Shown piece by piece: positions 20,799 to 30,330 of a stretch of 49,016 nucleotides of DNA (position 1 is its first letter; each line of letters starts with the position of its first letter). Source of the DNA: Vicugna vicugna (lineage: Eukaryota); assembly GCA_013265495.1 (NCBI GenBank), contig MU058039.1, positions 1,180,591-1,229,606 on the forward strand, written 5' to 3'. The notes under the pieces were generated by a model. That model was not told where the DNA came from. It saw nothing but the letters and a program-made list of their open reading frames with translations, and did not search any database. Position numbers and translations under genes: made by a program.

Positions 20799-21482
20799 GC
20801 CCCGACCCAGAGAAACCCTGACCGAACACCCCCTCCTCACAGCCTCCAGGAGGGGCTAGGGGAGTCCTTCTGCCCCTCTCCCCACTGCGAGGGCCTCCTT
20901 GGCCCCGCTCCTCTGACTCTGTATCTATGCAAAGCACTCTCTGTCAGTCCTTTCTGGGGGCGGGGTGGGCAGGGAGGGGCTGGGGCAGGCTCTCTCCTCT
21001 CTCTTTGTCAGTTGGCCAAGAGGATCTCTCCCCCTCCCCCTGGATGGGGGTAAGGGAGACTTCCGGGGTCAGCGCTTCTGGTCTGGTAAATATATATGAT
21101 GTGTTGTTTTGTTCTGTTCTTTTAACTATGTGGAGGGGACAGTGGGTCCCCACAGCAAAACAGGTCCCCTCCAAGCCCTGGGAACACCCCCTCCCCCAGC
21201 CATCCCTCTTCCTTTGCCCCAAAGTCCCTTCAAGGCCTCCCACATCCAGGCCAAAGCCCGACGTGCCTTGTCCAGGAACCGCCAGGCCTATGATGGGCCC
21301 AGCAGAGGGCGCCACAGCTGCCCGGCAGGAAAGAGGACCTACCTGCTCCTGGCTCCCCTCCCCTCATTTGCCATCGCCAGGAGATGAGGGGGTGCAGCTC
21401 AGTCCCCCTCTTTTCTGCAACAGAGGAGTGGGTTTGGGCAGACCAGCCTTTCACCCCCAGCCACCCCCCCCACCTTGCTTTG

Positions 21483-21496
21483 NNNNNNNNNNNNNN
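21483..21496. other. Assembly gap (14 N) in the ACTN4 3' UTR
   Basis: Run of n. Confidence 1.
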
Positions 21497-21588
21497 AAAA
21501 AAAAAAAAACCCAAAAAACAAAAAAACAAAAACAAAAATATAAAAAACAAAACAACCACAAAAAAAACTATAAAAAAAGAATTAAAAA
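21497..21588 (+). repeat. A-rich low-complexity tract in the ACTN4 3' UTR
   Basis: A-runs punctuated by C/T. Confidence 0.9.
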
Positions 21589-21844
21589 CTTTCAGAGAAT
21601 TACTATTTACTTTATTAACTTACGGATTTATTATATAAATATATTCACCTAGCAACATATCTTTGCCGCCTCTTGCTCATGATGAAGATGTAGCTGATTT
21701 GCTCCACTCCCTCCCAGCCCCTTACTCTTTGTTGTCTGCCGTCGGGCCTGGGTCTCTGGGGACCCTCCTGAGGTGAAGGGTGGGCTGTTGGCCTAGCTGC
21801 CTGTTAGTGGATGGTTTTGCTACCCCTCCCCTCCCTTTTTTGAG

Positions 21845-21850
21845 TTTATT
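21845..21850 (-). terminator. CAPN12: Probable CAPN12 polyadenylation signal (AATAAA on - strand)
   Basis: TTTATT on +; first minus-strand AATAAA after the CAPN12 stop. Further candidates at 21627-21632 and 21611-21616. Confidence 0.6.
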
Positions 21851-21902
21851 CTGATTATTTTTTTCTCGGTTTCTGGATAAACCACCCTTCTGGGGACAGG
21901 AT

Positions 21903-21908
21903 AATAAA
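21903..21908 (+). terminator. ACTN4: ACTN4 polyadenylation signal AATAAA
   Basis: First visible + strand AATAAA after the stop (1.1 kb UTR, apart from a 14-N gap), followed by pyrimidine/GT-rich sequence at 21939-21975. Confidence 0.85.
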
Positions 21909-22129
21909 ACATGTAATATTTTTAAGAAGGATTCCTACAGTGTCCTCTCTTCTCCTATCTCTGTTCTCCACTCCTTAGGAGATGGATGAAAAAGCACCTC
22001 TTCCCAGAGCGAGGTGGGGTGTGGGAGTGCCACGGTCCCCACTCGCCTGAGTGAGTGGAAGTAAGAGTGCTGCTGGGGACCCATCCTGGACCAGGCACCA
22101 TTCTGAGGGTGTAACACGCACTAACTCAC

Positions 22130-22300
22130 GCAGCCTGCACAAGGAAGGTGCTGTTGCCATGCCCATTTACGGGTGAGGAGAGCAAAGCACAGAGAGGTGC
22201 AGTGATGTGCCCAGTGTCACCCAGCTGGTGGGTGGTGGGGCCAGAAACCAACCCCAGGCAGGCTGCCTCCCACGGTCATGCTCTGAACCTCTGCTTAATG
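22130..22300 (-). mobile_element. MIR SINE within the predicted CAPN12 3' UTR
   Basis: cccatttacgggtgaggagagcaaagcacagagagg...gtcacccagc MIR core. Confidence 0.65.
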
Positions 22301-22416
22301 TTCGAGCATCAGCCCCCTCCCTGTAGAATAAACCCCAGTCCAGGCTGGGAGAAGGGAAGGGTGGGGCTCTCGGCAGCTCTCCCGCCTCCAGCTGCAGGGG
22401 CTCCTGTGCTGAGGTC

Positions 22417-22443
22417 CTAGGAGAAGGTGGCCACCTCCATCCA
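22417..22443 (-). CDS. CAPN12: CAPN12 exon 21 coding part with the normal stop
   Basis: cccag|TGG ATG GAG GTG GCC ACC TTC TCC TAG = WMEVATFS*. Confidence 0.9.
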   Translation of the reverse strand, partial: WMEVATFS

Positions 22444-22521
22444 CTGGGCGGGAAAAGACAGCAGATGTGAGGCAGGGGACTTTCAGACTCCCGAGCCACC
22501 CTCCCTCCAGCCCAGGCTCAC

Positions 22522-22580
22522 CTGTCTGTGGGTCAGGCAGACAACCCCCTCGCCCCCATCCAGGTGCTGGCTGCAGTGGC
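22522..22580 (-). CDS. CAPN12: CAPN12 exon 20 (59 bp)
   Basis: cacag|(R)HCSQHLDGGEGVVCLTHRQ|gtgagc. Confidence 0.9.
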
Positions 22581-22662
22581 CTGTGCAGAGAGGGGCGAGG
22601 TGAGTCCCCCTGCCGTGGAGATGTCCTACCTCTGCCCCACCTGTACCAGGCATGTCACTCAC

Positions 22663-22779
22663 GGAAGATGCAGATGAGCTGGGCCAAACAGGACACAAAA
22701 TGCTCGAAGTCCACACGCAGACGGCTGTCCCGGTAGCGGCTAGTGAGGACCTGGGTCAGCTGGTTGTTCAGGTGGAAGC
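22663..22779 (-). CDS. CAPN12: CAPN12 exon 19 (117 bp)
   Basis: cccag|FHLNNQLTQVLTSRYRDSRLRVDFEHFVSCLAQLICIF|gtgagt. Confidence 0.9.
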
Positions 22780-22887
22780 CTGGGGGAGGCCACCTCTGAG
22801 CCTGGGCTGCCCCCCTGAACCCCGCCTCAGTGTTTCACCCCACTCCGACTCCCCAGGGAAGACACACCATGGGAGTCTGGTCCCACC

Positions 22888-23080
22888 TCTCAAATCCCAG
22901 CTCTGCCTCACCCCAGCTATGTGGCCAGGGGCAGCTCCCTTCTCTTCTCTGGGCCTCAGTTTCCTCATCTGTCAAGTGGGAACTTTGACAGCCCTAATCC
23001 CATAAGATTGTGTGAAGAAGTTACACATAGAGAGTTTAGGACAGTGTCTGACACAGACTAACTATGCCAGTGTTATTATT
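22888..23080 (+). mobile_element. MIR SINE
   Basis: tcaaatcccagctctgcc...ctctgggcctcagtttcctcatctgtcaagtggg. Confidence 0.75.
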
Positions 23081-24189
23081 CCTTTAAACTCTGCAGAATT
23101 TCTGCTAATGGACACTGGAGAACGTTTCTGTGCAGCAAAGCATTTTGGTCAGTCCCATATGGAGTTAGTTTCTCCCTGCTCCACACCAGGGCTGACGTTT
23201 AAAGTTTAGAAATCATCTGATGAGGAATCTCAACTTTTAAAAGCTAAAAGCAGTGATTCCCCTCCCAGGTCACAGATAACCCTTCCAGACCCCAGGTTGC
23301 AGGGTGACTCTCCTCTGTCCCCACATGTCCACATAAACACAGTTCTAAGGGTAATTTCATGGGCTCTCACCCCCTCAAGCCCATCTTTACCCCCTATTCT
23401 GTGCACCAGTCATTTTAACAAGTAGTTGTCAGGTGCTGTCACACACTGTGCCTTACTCTAGGTGCCGCTGAGCAGTTGGCCCAAGGGACTGTGGCCTCAG
23501 CCTGGCAGTGTGCCCTCCAAGAGGTCACACCCCTTCTGGCATTTATGTTTCCTCAGGAATTAAGGGGAGGTGGTGCTGTGCCCAGGGCTGTGGGAGGCCC
23601 TGGCCAGCGGAAGCAGAAGGACCTGAGAAGGGGCCAGGAGCCCCTCAGCTGCCCGCTCTGGCATTCCTCTCCTTCCATGGGAGGTGTCCGCTTCCTTTGA
23701 CTGCTCCCAGACGCTCCCATGTCCTGTGCTGCCTGGTACGGGGGCCTTTCCGGGGCCCCCAGTTCTTATGAAACCTGTTACCTAGTCTACTGGGCCCTAG
23801 TGACCATGACCTGGTTACCCATCCCCAGGGCCCCCATTGTCCCTGGCCACCTGGTGGCCCTCACAGGCTGCACATCATCTGCCCCACTCTGTCCCCACCT
23901 CCACCTGTCCTTGGGCACCATCTTGCCTCCTTTGCACTGGATGTGCCCTCTGCCCAGAACACCTCGTCCCCTCTTGGTCTGGAGTATTGCTGCTCCAGTG
24001 CGCCCCTCCGTCAGGAAGTCCTCTCAGACACTGAACCCCAGCGAGCAGCAGCAAGCTCCTCCTCAGGCCTCCCTGCCGTGCCCGGACCCCTCTGAGCTGT
24101 CACTGTCATCGGTGACTCTGGCTGCCCCTGGACTGGGCAGGGAGGTGCGACTTGCGAGGTCAGGGAAGGGCTTCTGGTCACCCCTAAAT

Positions 24190-24785
24190 GCCCACCATCA
24201 GCCAGTACAGGGCCAGGAGCAGAGCGGGTGCTGAGGGAGTGTTTGTGGAGCAGAGAATAGGGCTGGATTTAAAGAGCTTCTCACAAGGCCTCAGGGGACT
24301 CTCCTGTCTTCCCTCCCCAACCTTTCCTCTGACCACCTTCCAGTGACCACTTGGCTCCAGCCACAGCAGCCCCCTGTACTCATCTCCATCAGTGGGCCCC
24401 TCGTTCACGCCACTCCCTCCACACCAGCCTCCTCGGGGCACATGTTCACACCTCAGGGTCTTTGCACTGACTTTCCTTCTGTCTAGACTGCTCTTCCCCG
24501 GTGTCCTCCAGGCTCACTCCCCCTCCTTCAAGTCTCTGCTGGAACTTCACCTCAGTGAGGCCTTCCCTGACTGCCCTGTCGTCACCCGCACCCCACCCAC
24601 TGTGTGTCCCAGCACCGTGGCCTGCTTCCTTTTTCCACCATAGCATTTATCACCGCCTGACCTAGACATTCTCCTTCTTGGTTGTGTGTCTGCACCACCA
24701 GAACATCAGCTCCTTGAGTCCACTTTTCTTCTGCCTAGAATAACACCAGGCCTGTCCCAGGCACTCGGTAACACTGAGTGAACAG
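24190..24785 (+). mobile_element. LINE-2 3' fragment in CAPN12 intron 18
   Basis: ctcagggtctttgcactgac...cacctcagtgaggccttccctgac...catagcatttatcacc are L2 hallmarks. Confidence 0.7.
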
Positions 24786-25728
24786 TACAAACCTTCCATC
24801 TTCCCCCCATCCTCTCTCCCCTCCGTTTCTGATCACCTGGGACTCCATTTCTAAGGGTCACATCTCCCAATCTTCTCTCTCTGACTCCATCTCCCCCTTC
24901 TATCTTGAGTTCCTTTCTTGTCTTGTACCTCCTTGGACCTTTGACCTCCCTCCACTAGGGTCTCCCTTGCCGCTCAGACTCCGGATCACAATCACCCCCA
25001 GCCCGTCTCCCCACATCTCACCCTTCCTGTTGCTGTAGCAGATGAGCCCTGGGGTCGGGTAGGGGTCTGGGAGTTCTGTGTCTCATCCCAGCCACTCCCC
25101 AACCCTCCACACAAGGTCGGGTAGGGGACAGATCACACAGGCACTTCTCTAACTTACTTCAGAGCCCAGGAAAGTCGCTCTCTGGCTCTGCTCCTTGGCT
25201 AGGATCTTGTGCTCGCACACAAATGGAATGGGAGGTTCTACGTCTCCCGGAAGAACAGCCTTTCAGCAGGAGCCTCCCTTCATATTCTCTGACGCGTGGT
25301 AACCGAGGCTGCATTCCCAAGCACTAGGCCCTGTGGGCTCCATTCCACAAGCTCCTCTTACAGAGAGGGAAATGGAGGCTCCAGGTGGTGGACTTACGTG
25401 CCCAGGGCCACCCAAGGAGTCCAGGAGTCCCAGATGTTCTAACATGAGGCCCTGGGGGCCAGGGCTTCTCAGACAGCAGCTTCCGAGCCCCTCCTCTCTC
25501 CTCCCCCCAGGAAGGCCCCCCTCCCCTCAGTGACATCCCGGGCCCATGCTCCTCTTACGGCCCCTCTCCCCTGGGGATTCTCCCCACGTGGCCTCTTTCA
25601 GGGTCACCCAGTCCCTGCCAAGAGCTGGCAGCAAACTAAGGTGCGGGCTTTGTGGCTGGTAGGGTAGGAGTAAGGGGTAGGATGGGGAGCAGGCCCATCC
25701 CCCAGATCCCAAGGACCTCTGTCCATAC

Positions 25729-25807
25729 CTGCCGCATTCAGCGCCAGCCTCAGCTCATAGGAGTTCATGGTTCCAGAGGCATCCTCATCAAACTTGTCAA
25801 ATGCAGC
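25729..25807 (-). CDS. CAPN12: CAPN12 exon 18 (79 bp, EF-hand)
   Basis: tccag|AAFDKFDEDASGTMNSYELRLALNAA(G)|gtatgg. Confidence 0.9.
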
Positions 25808-26419
25808 CTGGACAGGGAGGTACTGGTCAGCCTCCCAGCCCCTGAAGGAGGCCGAAAGGGGGCCCTGGAGCCAGACAGCCTGGGCTTCCACCCCAGCTCC
25901 CTTTCTTCCTCGCTGCTTGTCCCATGCAAGCAGCTTAACCACTTTGGGCCTCCTTCCCAGTCTGTAAAGTGGGAGGAATGGTAACAGCAGTAACCAGGTT
26001 GTGGTGAGGACAGGCTGATTCTACCCACAAAGGGCCTAGTGAGGGCTCAGCAAACAGTAGCTTATCACTTCTAGTGTAGGGGGGCCTGGGACCCACAGAG
26101 GTGGGAATTAGTGTCTCCTATTGGTAGACAAGCAAAGCCCCCTCATAGGACAGCTGACTTGCCTGAGGTCACACAGCCAGAAAGGTTAAGCTAGAAGCTA
26201 GGATTCCAACCCAGGACGAGTCTGCTCTTCATCCCTGAGCTATTTATCCCCCCTGGACCTGGAGGGACAACGAAACGGTGGACAAGGCAGGGACATCCCA
26301 GCCAGATCCCTCCAAGTTGGTTGGTGTGGTGTGGTGTGGTCCAGTCCCCCCTTCACCTCTGGGGCCCGCTAGCCCTCTCCGTCCAGGAGGAGGTGGCCCT
26401 CCCCAGCTCCCCACCTTAC

Positions 26420-26482
26420 CTGCCACTCCAGGAGGTGGCCCCAGAGCTGCTGGAAGTGGTGCAGGGCCAGGCTTCGCCCATG
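26420..26482 (-). CDS. CAPN12: CAPN12 exon 17 (63 bp)
   Basis: cccag|HGRSLALHHFQQLWGHLLEWQ|gtaagg. Confidence 0.88.
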
Positions 26483-26583
26483 CTGGGAATGCGGCATCTG
26501 GTTAAGGTTAATATTCCCAGAACAGAAGCAGAGTTCCCCACATCCCCATCCTCCCTTACCCAGGCACGGCCCCCATCATATAC

Positions 26584-26654
26584 CCCAAAACACTGTAGCA
26601 GCTGCTCACAGGTCCTGAGCCCGATTTCTCTGGGGTTCCGAGCATGGGTCCTGG
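26584..26654 (-). CDS. CAPN12: CAPN12 exon 16 (71 bp)
   Basis: ctatag|(A)RTHARNPREIGLRTCEQLLQCFG|gtatat. Confidence 0.88.
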
Positions 26655-26689
26655 CTATAGGAAAAAAGCAAAACAGTAGCACTTCCTGC

Positions 26690-26850
26690 ATATGGGCCAT
26701 GACTGTAAGTGCCAGGGATTATTGTTATCCCCACTTTATAGAAACTGAGGTGCAGAGAGCCATGTGACTGCTGGCAACTAGCAGAGCTGAGGTTTGAACC
26801 CAGGCAGCGGGGGTCTCAGTCTGTGCTCACGGCAGCTACACTCCCTGCCT
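26690..26850 (-). mobile_element. MIR SINE
   Basis: ttatccccactttatagaaactgaggtgcagagag...ggtttgaacccaggcag. Confidence 0.7.
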
Positions 26851-27032
26851 CTCCCTTAGAGGAAGGGGCACTTTAGTGGCCATGGCCTTGGCCCACAGGT
26901 CCTGCCACAGGACCCACATTTGGGGAGATGCCACCAGGCTGAGCCCAGGGTTCCCATGACCTGACTGTAGCAGCATCATGGATGAACACACATGGGGGGT
27001 TCCATGGGGTCAGCTCTTGGTCCCCAACTCAC

Positions 27033-27090
27033 CAGGCTCCAGGACAATGCTTAATAAGGTCTGGAGCTGAGGGGCACTGAGTTCTTCCTC
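27033..27090 (-). CDS. CAPN12: CAPN12 exon 15 (58 bp)
   Basis: gccag|EEELSAPQLQTLLSIVLEP|gtgagt. Confidence 0.88.
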
Positions 27091-27607
27091 CTGGCAAGGA
27101 GAGAGCCAGTTGTGAGGCTGTTCACTCAGGCAGCCATTCAACAAACAGCCTGGGGCAGCCCAGAGAGCATGCTGGGCATTGCTGGAGACACAGCAAAGAC
27201 AGAGAGCCACAGGCCTGCCCTCTCAGAGCTCGCGATTGAGGGAGGGAGAGAGACCTGTCCTCAGAGTGATCAGGGCTGCAATGGAGAAGCAGTGGGCTAT
27301 GGGAGACACCCAGGGAAAGCAGCTGGCCAGCCTGGGGAGGGTCTGGGAGAGCTTCCAGAGGAGGGCACATTGGAAAGATGAGGTCTTAGCCCCACAGGGG
27401 TTGTGAAGAGAGAGAAAGCAGTCAAGGCTTAGGGTACAGACTGAGCAAAGGCGTTGAGGCAGAGAAGGGCTGAGAGCACTTTGAGAAAAAGTCAGGAGAT
27501 TTAAGCACAGAAACTAAAGCAAAATGAGATGTTGAGGATGAAAGAGGGGGACAAGGGGAGGGAGGTGGAAGGGAGGGGACCCGCTTTGTCCTGCCCAGCT
27601 TCCTCAC

Positions 27608-27667
27608 CTCTCCTGCCAGCTCCAGGAACAGCTGCTCCAATCCCAGCTCCAGGGGAATGTAGGGGAC
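27608..27667 (-). CDS. CAPN12: CAPN12 exon 14 (60 bp)
   Basis: cacag|VPYIPLELGLEQLFLELAGE|gtgagg. Confidence 0.88.
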
Positions 27668-27756
27668 CTGTGGGGTGGGGGGAGTTTAGTTCTGGCCAAG
27701 AAGATTCCCTCCCACACACCATCCTCCCCACCCCTCCCTCCGCAGCAGCCCCTCAC

Positions 27757-27799
27757 CATGAGGGCATGCATGTCGGCGCTGATCACGTCATCAATCTCC
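27757..27799 (-). CDS. CAPN12: CAPN12 exon 13 (43 bp; downstream of the premature stop)
   Basis: ttgcag|G EIDDVISADMHALM|gtgagg. Confidence 0.88.
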
Positions 27800-27910
27800 C
27801 TGCAAATTACAGATGAGAGATGGGGGAGGGGGCTGCTCACCCCGCTGCTGGGGATATGGCGTGTGCGGGTCTCAGCTAAGACTCAAGGTGGGTTTTGAGG
27901 GGACCCTCAG

Positions 27911-28117
27911 CTAGGTGTGGAGCCGCTCAGAGAAGATGCGCAGCGTGAAGTCGGCCTCGTCGCCTGTGTGGGCCGCGCTGGGCACCACCAGGTAGTGGCC
28001 CGGGCGCAGGCGGCAGCGGCAGCTCACGTCGCGGCGGGCGCAGAAGCGCGAGCGGTCGGCGCGCAGCAGGCTTGGCAAGAGTGCCCGACTGCGCGGGGAG
28101 TCCCACAGGTCCAGCAG
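27911..28117 (-). CDS. CAPN12: CAPN12 exon 12, ending in an in-frame TAG at 27911-27913
   Basis: cccag|LLDLWDSPRSRALLPSLLRADRSRFCARRDVSCRCRLRPGHYLVVPSAAHTGDEADFTLRIFSERLHT*; sequence reads CAC ACC TAG CTGAGG with no GT at the expected phase-2 donor. Confidence 0.9.
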   Translation of the reverse strand: MLDLWDSPRSRALLPSLLRADRSRFCARRDVSCRCRLRPGHYLVVPSAAHTGDEADFTLRIFSERLHT

Positions 28118-28312
28118 CTGGGGTCAAGGCAGCATCACCATGACCGCCCAAGTTCACCCCACGTGGCCTCCAACCCACCACATCCTCCAGACCACCCTGT
28201 CCAAACCCACTCATCACTCATCACTCCAAGTGCCCCCAAGGCCCCCAGGTTGTCTGAGCCCCTGGGGCTTATTCAGTGATGGATGAAGTCTGGGGTCCCA
28301 TATGAGACCCAC

Positions 28313-28324
28313 CTCCTCTGGGAT
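28313..28324 (-). CDS. CAPN12: CAPN12 exon 11, 12-bp microexon (IPEE)
   Basis: tttccttcttacag|ATCCCAGAGGAG|gtgggt; supplies the FQ-IPEE-LL segment of calpain-12. Confidence 0.9.
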
Positions 28325-28802
28325 CTGTAAGAAGGAAAAGCAAGGGGAATCAGGGCCAAGGGGAGGTGGCCACCCTTCAGAGTCCCCTAGGCACCCCTCC
28401 CTCTCTTTTCTTCCCATCCCATCCCTCATTAAGCCCCTTCCCCTCAGTCCTTGACCCAGCCCCTCCTGGACCCTCACTCCCAACTGTGCCCTCAGGTGCC
28501 TTCTCTGTTCCTCCATCCCTTCCCTGATCCTCAGCCCCTAGCCATTTCTCTGACTCCTTCCTGACCCTTCCCCCCTGCCCTTCTGACCACCAGTCTCTCT
28601 CTGTGCCCACCCCTAGCCCCTCAGTCTCTCCTTGACCCCTCCCTCCCATTTCCTCAGCTGTGTCCTATCTCTGACCCCTGGCCCCCATCTTCTACCCCCT
28701 CAACCTCCCCATCCCCTCCTTGCCCCTGGGGATCCCACCTTGGCTCAGGGACCCTCCATGCCTCTCTGTTCCCTATTGCCTCTGCTCAGCCCAGGGTCCC
28801 AC

Positions 28803-29038
28803 CTGGAACACGTGGAATCCCACTGTGAGGTAAGTGAGGCCCTGGGCCCTCAGTCGCCGCCGGTTGCGCTGGATGAGTGACAGGAGCACAGTGCACTTAG
28901 GGATGCGGCCCCCCCGTGCAGGGCCTCGTGCCCCCACTGCCCCCCAGCCCCCATAGGGCCCCTCATCATCATCCTCCTCCTCCTCCTCATCAGGCTCCAG
29001 CAGCGTTAGCCGGAACTGGGGGTTGGTCCAGAAAGTTT
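28803..29038 (-). CDS. CAPN12: CAPN12 exon 10 (236 bp)
   Basis: attag|(E)TFWTNPQFRLTLLEPDEEEEEDDDEG...LTVGFHVFQ|gtggga. Confidence 0.95.
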
Positions 29039-29123
29039 CTAATAGAGGAGAAAGATCGAGGGTTACCCAGCCTGCCACAGTCCCCCTTGCTTGCCTTCAG
29101 GGCCCCCTCCAGGCCTCACCTAC

Positions 29124-29287
29124 CGGCACCAGGCTGGCTCCCGCCAGAGTTGAAGCCGCGCACCCAGCGGCCTTGGAAGGTGTGAACATGCCAGCCGCCT
29201 CCAGTCGGGCTGGGGCCCAGCACCTCAGGGCTCAGCGAGCAGACCTGGACGGTGTCGAAGTGTTGGAGGAAGTCCTGCAGTTCCATC
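29124..29287 (-). CDS. CAPN12: CAPN12 exon 9 (164 bp)
   Basis: tccag|MELQDFLQHFDTVQVCSLSPEVLGPSPTGGGWHVHTFQGRWVRGFNSGGSQPGA|gtaggt. Confidence 0.94.
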
Positions 29288-29952
29288 CTGGACAGTGGCA
29301 GGCAGTCAGACCCTGCCCCAGCCCCTGCCTCCCCAGGGCCCCAAATATCTCAAGTTTCCCAAATATCTCAAGACCCCAGAAGCGAATCTCCATCACAAAG
29401 CTCCCTAAATTCCTTAAATGTTGCCAAATACACTTCAGTTCCCCCAAATAATACCATGTCTCCAGAAATGACCCCCAAACTAGAGCTCTCTGGCTCCCCC
29501 AGATTTCCCCAAGTCCTCAGAAATGCCCCACATATAGCCGAGATCCACAAACTTCCTCCAAATACGGACAAATTGCCTTTAACCTCCAAATATTAAGACC
29601 CTCAGACTCTATCACCAACAAGTATCCTTCAGCCCCTCAGTATTGCCGTGCCTCAAGAAATGCCCCAGATGTCACCAAGCCTCCTCCAGTTACCCTAAAT
29701 TTTTCCCACCTCCTTCAACCCTCCAAAGATGACTATGCTTCCAAATCTCCCTAATATTACTACTGATTCTTCCTCGACTTCCCCAGATAGAACCTGACCT
29801 CCAAATTACCATGGATATGGGCAGTTCCTCCCTGTTAGAACCCATCCCCGTGAACCTCTCCCATGTCCCTTCAAGCAGGACTCATCCCGCTCCCTAACCC
29901 CACTGGCCTAGCGCCCTTTTCAGAGGCAGGCCTAGGAAGCTGCCCCACTCAC

Positions 29953-30027
29953 CAGAACTCGCCATCCTCCTTTTTCACCAGCAAGGCATCTCGCCACTCC
30001 GTGGGGAGTGCATCCCAGCGTGGGCAG
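29953..30027 (-). CDS. CAPN12: CAPN12 exon 8 (75 bp)
   Basis: cccag|[24 protein letters not shown](W)|gtgagt. Confidence 0.95.
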
Positions 30028-30096
30028 CTGGGGAGACTGGGTGTCAGGGGTCGGTGGGTGTGGCTAAGCCTCCCCCCTCCCCCAGATCCATCCCAC

Positions 30097-30182
30097 CTGT
30101 CGCTCCAGGCCCCGGTCCACTCCACACTGCCCCACGGGTTCCGCAGCCGCAGAAGCCGCACCTTGGTGAAGCCCAGTGACAC
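30097..30182 (-). CDS. CAPN12: CAPN12 exon 7 (86 bp, catalytic Asn)
   Basis: attag|[28 protein letters not shown](S)|gtggga. Confidence 0.95.
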
Positions 30183-30255
30183 CTAATGGAGGCGTGGTCA
30201 GTGGGGAGTGGCTGCTTGGACACCTCCTGCCAGCCCACCCCTGGGGGATCCTCAC

Positions 30256-30330
30256 CTTGTGTGTGCCGGTGACTGAATATGCATGTCCCTTCACCAGCCC
30301 ATCTTCAGTACGGTACTCACCACGATCACT
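30256..30330 (-). CDS. CAPN12: CAPN12 exon 6 (75 bp, catalytic His)
   Basis: cccag|SDRGEYRTEDGLVKGHAYSVTGTHK|gtgagg. Confidence 0.95.

Noticed and set aside
20927..21652. 241-aa ORF with a Lys-rich tail in the ACTN4 3' UTR
   Set aside because: It crosses an N gap and an A-rich tract; the poly-Lys is just translated A-runs.
28020..28030. Cryptic donor GAC|GTGAGC inside CAPN12 exon 12 as a rescue of the premature stop
   Set aside because: It is phase 0 while exon 13 needs phase 2. Splicing to exon 14 would be in frame but would delete about half of exon 12 plus exon 13, and nothing in the sequence supports it.
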